Below, in pieces: positions 55,860 to 64,000 of a stretch of DNA of 64,000 bases. Origin of the DNA: Eledone cirrhosa. Lineage: Eukaryota. The notes under the pieces were generated by a model. That model saw nothing but the letters and a program-made list of their open reading frames with translations, had not been told where the DNA came from and did no database searches. The translations under genes and the position numbers were made by a program. The stretch spans positions 282,348,001 through 282,412,000 of the forward strand of contig OZ024740.1 of assembly GCA_964016885.1 (NCBI GenBank), given 5' to 3'. How positions within the stretch are numbered: position 1 is the first letter of the stretch; every line of letters begins with the position of its first letter.

Positions 55860-55978
55860 CTGTGATTTCTCAATTCGGAGAATTCGTGGCTCTACCTGTA
55901 GTGACTCTCTGATCTCCGAGCTACGGACTCTATCCAGTAACCTTACTCCAAAGACCATTCGGAGGAAGCGCATTTCAA
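55860..55978 (-). mobile_element. RTE fragment
   Basis: EMRFLRMVFGVRLLDRVRSSEIRESLQVEP on the minus strand. Confidence 0.7.
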
Positions 55979-56016
55979 CTGTTGAAAATTGCAAACTCGA
56001 CTGTCACCACATATTA

Positions 56017-56055
56017 TGAACCTGAAGATTGCGAAAGCATGAAAGTACTTGTTCA
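56017..56055 (+). ncRNA. minimal type I hammerhead ribozyme (family of 13509)
   Basis: tgaac-CTGAAGA-t-tgc-gaaa-gca-t-GAAA-gtac-TT-gttca. Confidence 0.85.
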
Positions 56056-56233
56056 ATTAACACTTAGAATTTAATATTCTATCATACTATTTCATTATAA
56101 TACCATATTATATATATTTTAAAGGATTGTAAATAAAACGAGTAAATCAGACAAAGTTGGAATTCCTCTTATTAATATAATCTTCTATACACAATCATAC
56201 ACACCCGTGTATATTTACCTATCTATATCTATA

Positions 56234-56321
<88 letters not shown>

Positions 56322-56372
56322 CATACACATACATACACATATACACATATGTATACATATATATATATATAC

Positions 56373-56475
<103 letters not shown>

Positions 56476-56478
56476 CAT

Positions 56479-56559
<81 letters not shown>

Positions 56560-56645
56560 CATACACACACATACACACACACATACATACATATATATAC
56601 ACATATATATATAAAAAACACATATACATACACATACATATATAT

Positions 56646-57732
56646 ACTAGCATTAAAGCTCGGCGTTGCTCGGTGTCATTAAGTTCCCAAAGTTAGGTTG
56701 CACCACCCATTTTATGGCAGCACTGTTTTGTCTGCCAGGCACTGGGTGAATGAATTGCAGACCTGGAAGCAGGAGCTGCGCCAGCAGTGACAATTGTAGT
56801 TTCGCATATGGATATTATCTCTGTGCAAAAAAGTGTTGAAATTTATTGTTTCACAGTACTTGCGCAACACGCGCGTAGACGATGCCAGCCGAACAACAGA
56901 GCTGCGATGGAGTTGTTCTGCATGGGTTGTCTGTGTGTTTTCTAAATTTAAGACAGTAGGGAGGGTTGTGATATGAGGGAGAGTTAGCTGTTGTTTCTAG
57001 CAGGTTTAGTAACCTCATAGAGGATATGTTTTCTAAATTTAAGACAGTAGGGAGGGGTGTGGTATGGGGTAGAGTTAGCTGCTGTTTCTAGCAGGTTTAG
57101 TGACCTCATAGAGGATATTATTTTTTATCATTATCTATAAAAGGCAGATTGTTGTTGTTGTTGTTGAAGTGAGTGTGTGTTTGTATGCGTTTGGAAAAGA
57201 GGTTTTAAAAAAGATTTATCGCTTGTTGTTGAATAAATGTATCTGTTGCTTTTGAATAATTGTCGTTTCGTATGAAATGTAATAATTGTTTCTACTTTTT
57301 TGGCACAAGGCCAGCAATTACCCAGTACATTACTGGTACTTTATGTAATAATAAACGTTCTCTATCTCTCTCCCTCTCACTCTCTTCTCTCTCTCTCTTC
57401 GGCAATCACGCACGTTGTCAGATGATATGAGAGAGTAAAACGGACAGTATCACCATCAAGCTTGGAAAGAGAAAGTAGCAGAAAGTATGAAGTTGTATAG
57501 ATTTTGAATGGTAGTGGAAAGAGTTTAGCAGTTTAAATGACAGAGGAAAATCGTAAAATATTGAGTTTTAGCTATTTTTTGCGTAATTGTGGGTGAAATT
57601 GAAAAAATTAGATGTGCCAAGACGCAATCGATGCTATTTCGAATACTGAATTGTAAATTTCAATTGAAGACATTCTATATCGTAGATTTCTATAAGAAAG
57701 GAGCATGACCACACACTGAGCTTTATAGATTA

Positions 57733-57736
<4 letters not shown>
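56646..57736 (+). mobile_element. Helentron/Helitron-like non-autonomous element
   Basis: Starts actagcattaaagctcggcgttgctcgg and ends ...gagctttatagattatgat, both within TA tracts. Has an internal 2x~90-bp tandem repeat and a SINE tail. Confidence 0.6.
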
Positions 57737-57768
<32 letters not shown>

Positions 57769-57772
<4 letters not shown>

Positions 57773-58809
57773 TAATCTATAAAGCTCAGTGTGTGGTCAT
57801 GCCCCTTTCTTATAGAAATCTACGATATAGAATGTCTTCAATTGAAATTTACAATTCAGTATTCGAAATAGCATCGATTGCGTCTTGGCACATCTAATTT
57901 TTTCAATTTCACCCACAATTACGCAAAAAATAGCTAAAACTCAATATTTTACGATTTTCCTCTGTCATTTAAACTGCTAAACTCTTTCCACTACCATTCA
58001 AAATCTATACAACTTCATACTTTCTGCTACTTTCTCTTTCCAAGCTTGATGGTGATACTGTCCGTTTTACTCTCTCATATCATCTGACAACGTGCGTGAT
58101 TGCCGAAGAGAGAGAGAGAAGAGAGTGAGAGGGAGAGAGATAGAGAACGTTTATTATTACATAAAGTACCAGTAATGTACTGGGTAATTGCTGGCCTTGT
58201 GCCAAAAAAGTAGAAACAATTATTACATTTCATACGAAACGACAATTATTCAAAAGCAACAGATACATTTATTCAACAACAAGCGATAAATCTTTTTTAA
58301 AACCTCTTTTCCAAACGCATACAAACACACACTCACTTCAACAACAACAACAACAATCTGCCTTTTATAGATAATGATAAAAAATAATATCCTCTATGAG
58401 GTCACTAAACCTGCTAGAAACAGCAGCTAACTCTACCCCATACCACACCCCTCCCTACTGTCTTAAATTTAGAAAACATATCCTCTATGAGGTTACTAAA
58501 CCTGCTAGAAACAACAGCTAACTCTCCCTCATATCACAACCCTCCCTACTGTCTTAAATTTAGAAAACACACAGACAACCCATGCAGAACAACTCCATCG
58601 CAGCTCTGTTGTTCGGCTGGCATCGTCTACGCGCGTGTTGCGCAAGTACTGTGAAACAATAAATTTCAACACTTTTTTGCACAGAGATAATATCCATATG
58701 CGAAACTACAATTGTCACTGCTGGCGCAGCTCCTGCTTCCAGGTCTGCAATTCATTCACCCAGTGCCTGGCAGACAAAACAGTGCTGCCATAAAATGGGT
58801 GGTGCAACC

Positions 58810-58811
<2 letters not shown>
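57769..58811 (-). repeat. inverted copy of 56694-57736 (2.1-kb palindrome centred on (TA)n)
   Basis: Reverse-complement identity; one mismatch noted at 57803. Confidence 0.95.
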
Positions 58812-63437
<4,626 letters not shown>

Positions 63438-63474
63438 TATACATACATATATATACATAGACACACATACAAAT

Positions 63475-63529
<55 letters not shown>

Positions 63530-63898
63530 CACATACATATACATATATATATATACATACACACACACACACACATATATATACACATATATATACACAC
63601 ATACACACATATATATAAATAAATAAATAAATACACACACAGAAAGAGCCACACAAACACATACACGCATATATACACACATATATATACACACATACAC
63701 AAATATATACACATACAAAAAAAATATAAGTACTCAATAAATATACGCATATTCACAGGCACATAAAAACAGCTCTACAGGCAGAAAATGCAGATAGGTA
63801 AGAGGTACTCACATAACTATAGTGGCCGTATTTCCGGTTGAGGAGGGGTGGGGGTAGGGTGGGAAGGAGGTGTAGGGGCTAATAGGAAGAGTTTGTTT

Positions 63899-64000
63899 TT
63901 AGCCATCGGGCTTTAACACTGGCTTAAAGTGTTTGAAAGTTGCAAAGTTCTTGTGCATGCAGTTCGGGCAGTGTTCAGAGAGTTTGTTCAGTAGCGAGCC
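63899..64000 (-). mobile_element. C-terminus of another Penelope-like ORF (runs off the window)
   Basis: GSLLNKLSEHCPNCMHKNFATFKHFKPVLKPDG*, similar to the LNKKSE..CKHK..PNG end of PLE 38794. Confidence 0.6.

Noticed and set aside
55484-55873. Poly-E/poly-K/poly-F ORFs (also 61125-61493)
   Set aside because: They are translations of the (TTC)n tract.

Overview
A repeat-saturated, AT-rich eukaryotic window, most likely intronic or intergenic. The SINE/RTE/Penelope repertoire and abundant (TA)n/(CA)n microsatellites suggest a cephalopod (Octopus-like) genome, but this is inference. No confident host gene is present; there is one weak candidate exon. Content: at least 8 Penelope-like element (PLE; RT + GIY-YIG) copies or fragments, one nearly intact; a young 5'-truncated RTE LINE with a PHD-like finger inside its RT region; older RTE fragments and an RTE-derived non-autonomous family; a decayed R4/Dong-like RLE retroelement; an internally deleted mariner; MITEs; Helentron/HINE-like elements; and many tRNA-derived SINEs. 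The most striking signal is about 20 type I hammerhead ribozyme (HHR) motifs, intact or degenerate, found by eye. They belong to several unrelated sequence families and sit at PLE 3' ends or inside short non-coding fold-back palindromes next to (TA)n tracts. They include a family with a CAGAAGA (U4A) core, and palindromes whose symmetry centre appears to be the ribozyme stem II loop. The 3' end of the window holds a near-identical duplication/inverted-triplication (A-B-B'-A-B) whose triplicated part lies within a Helentron-like element. Coordinates of decayed elements are approximate.
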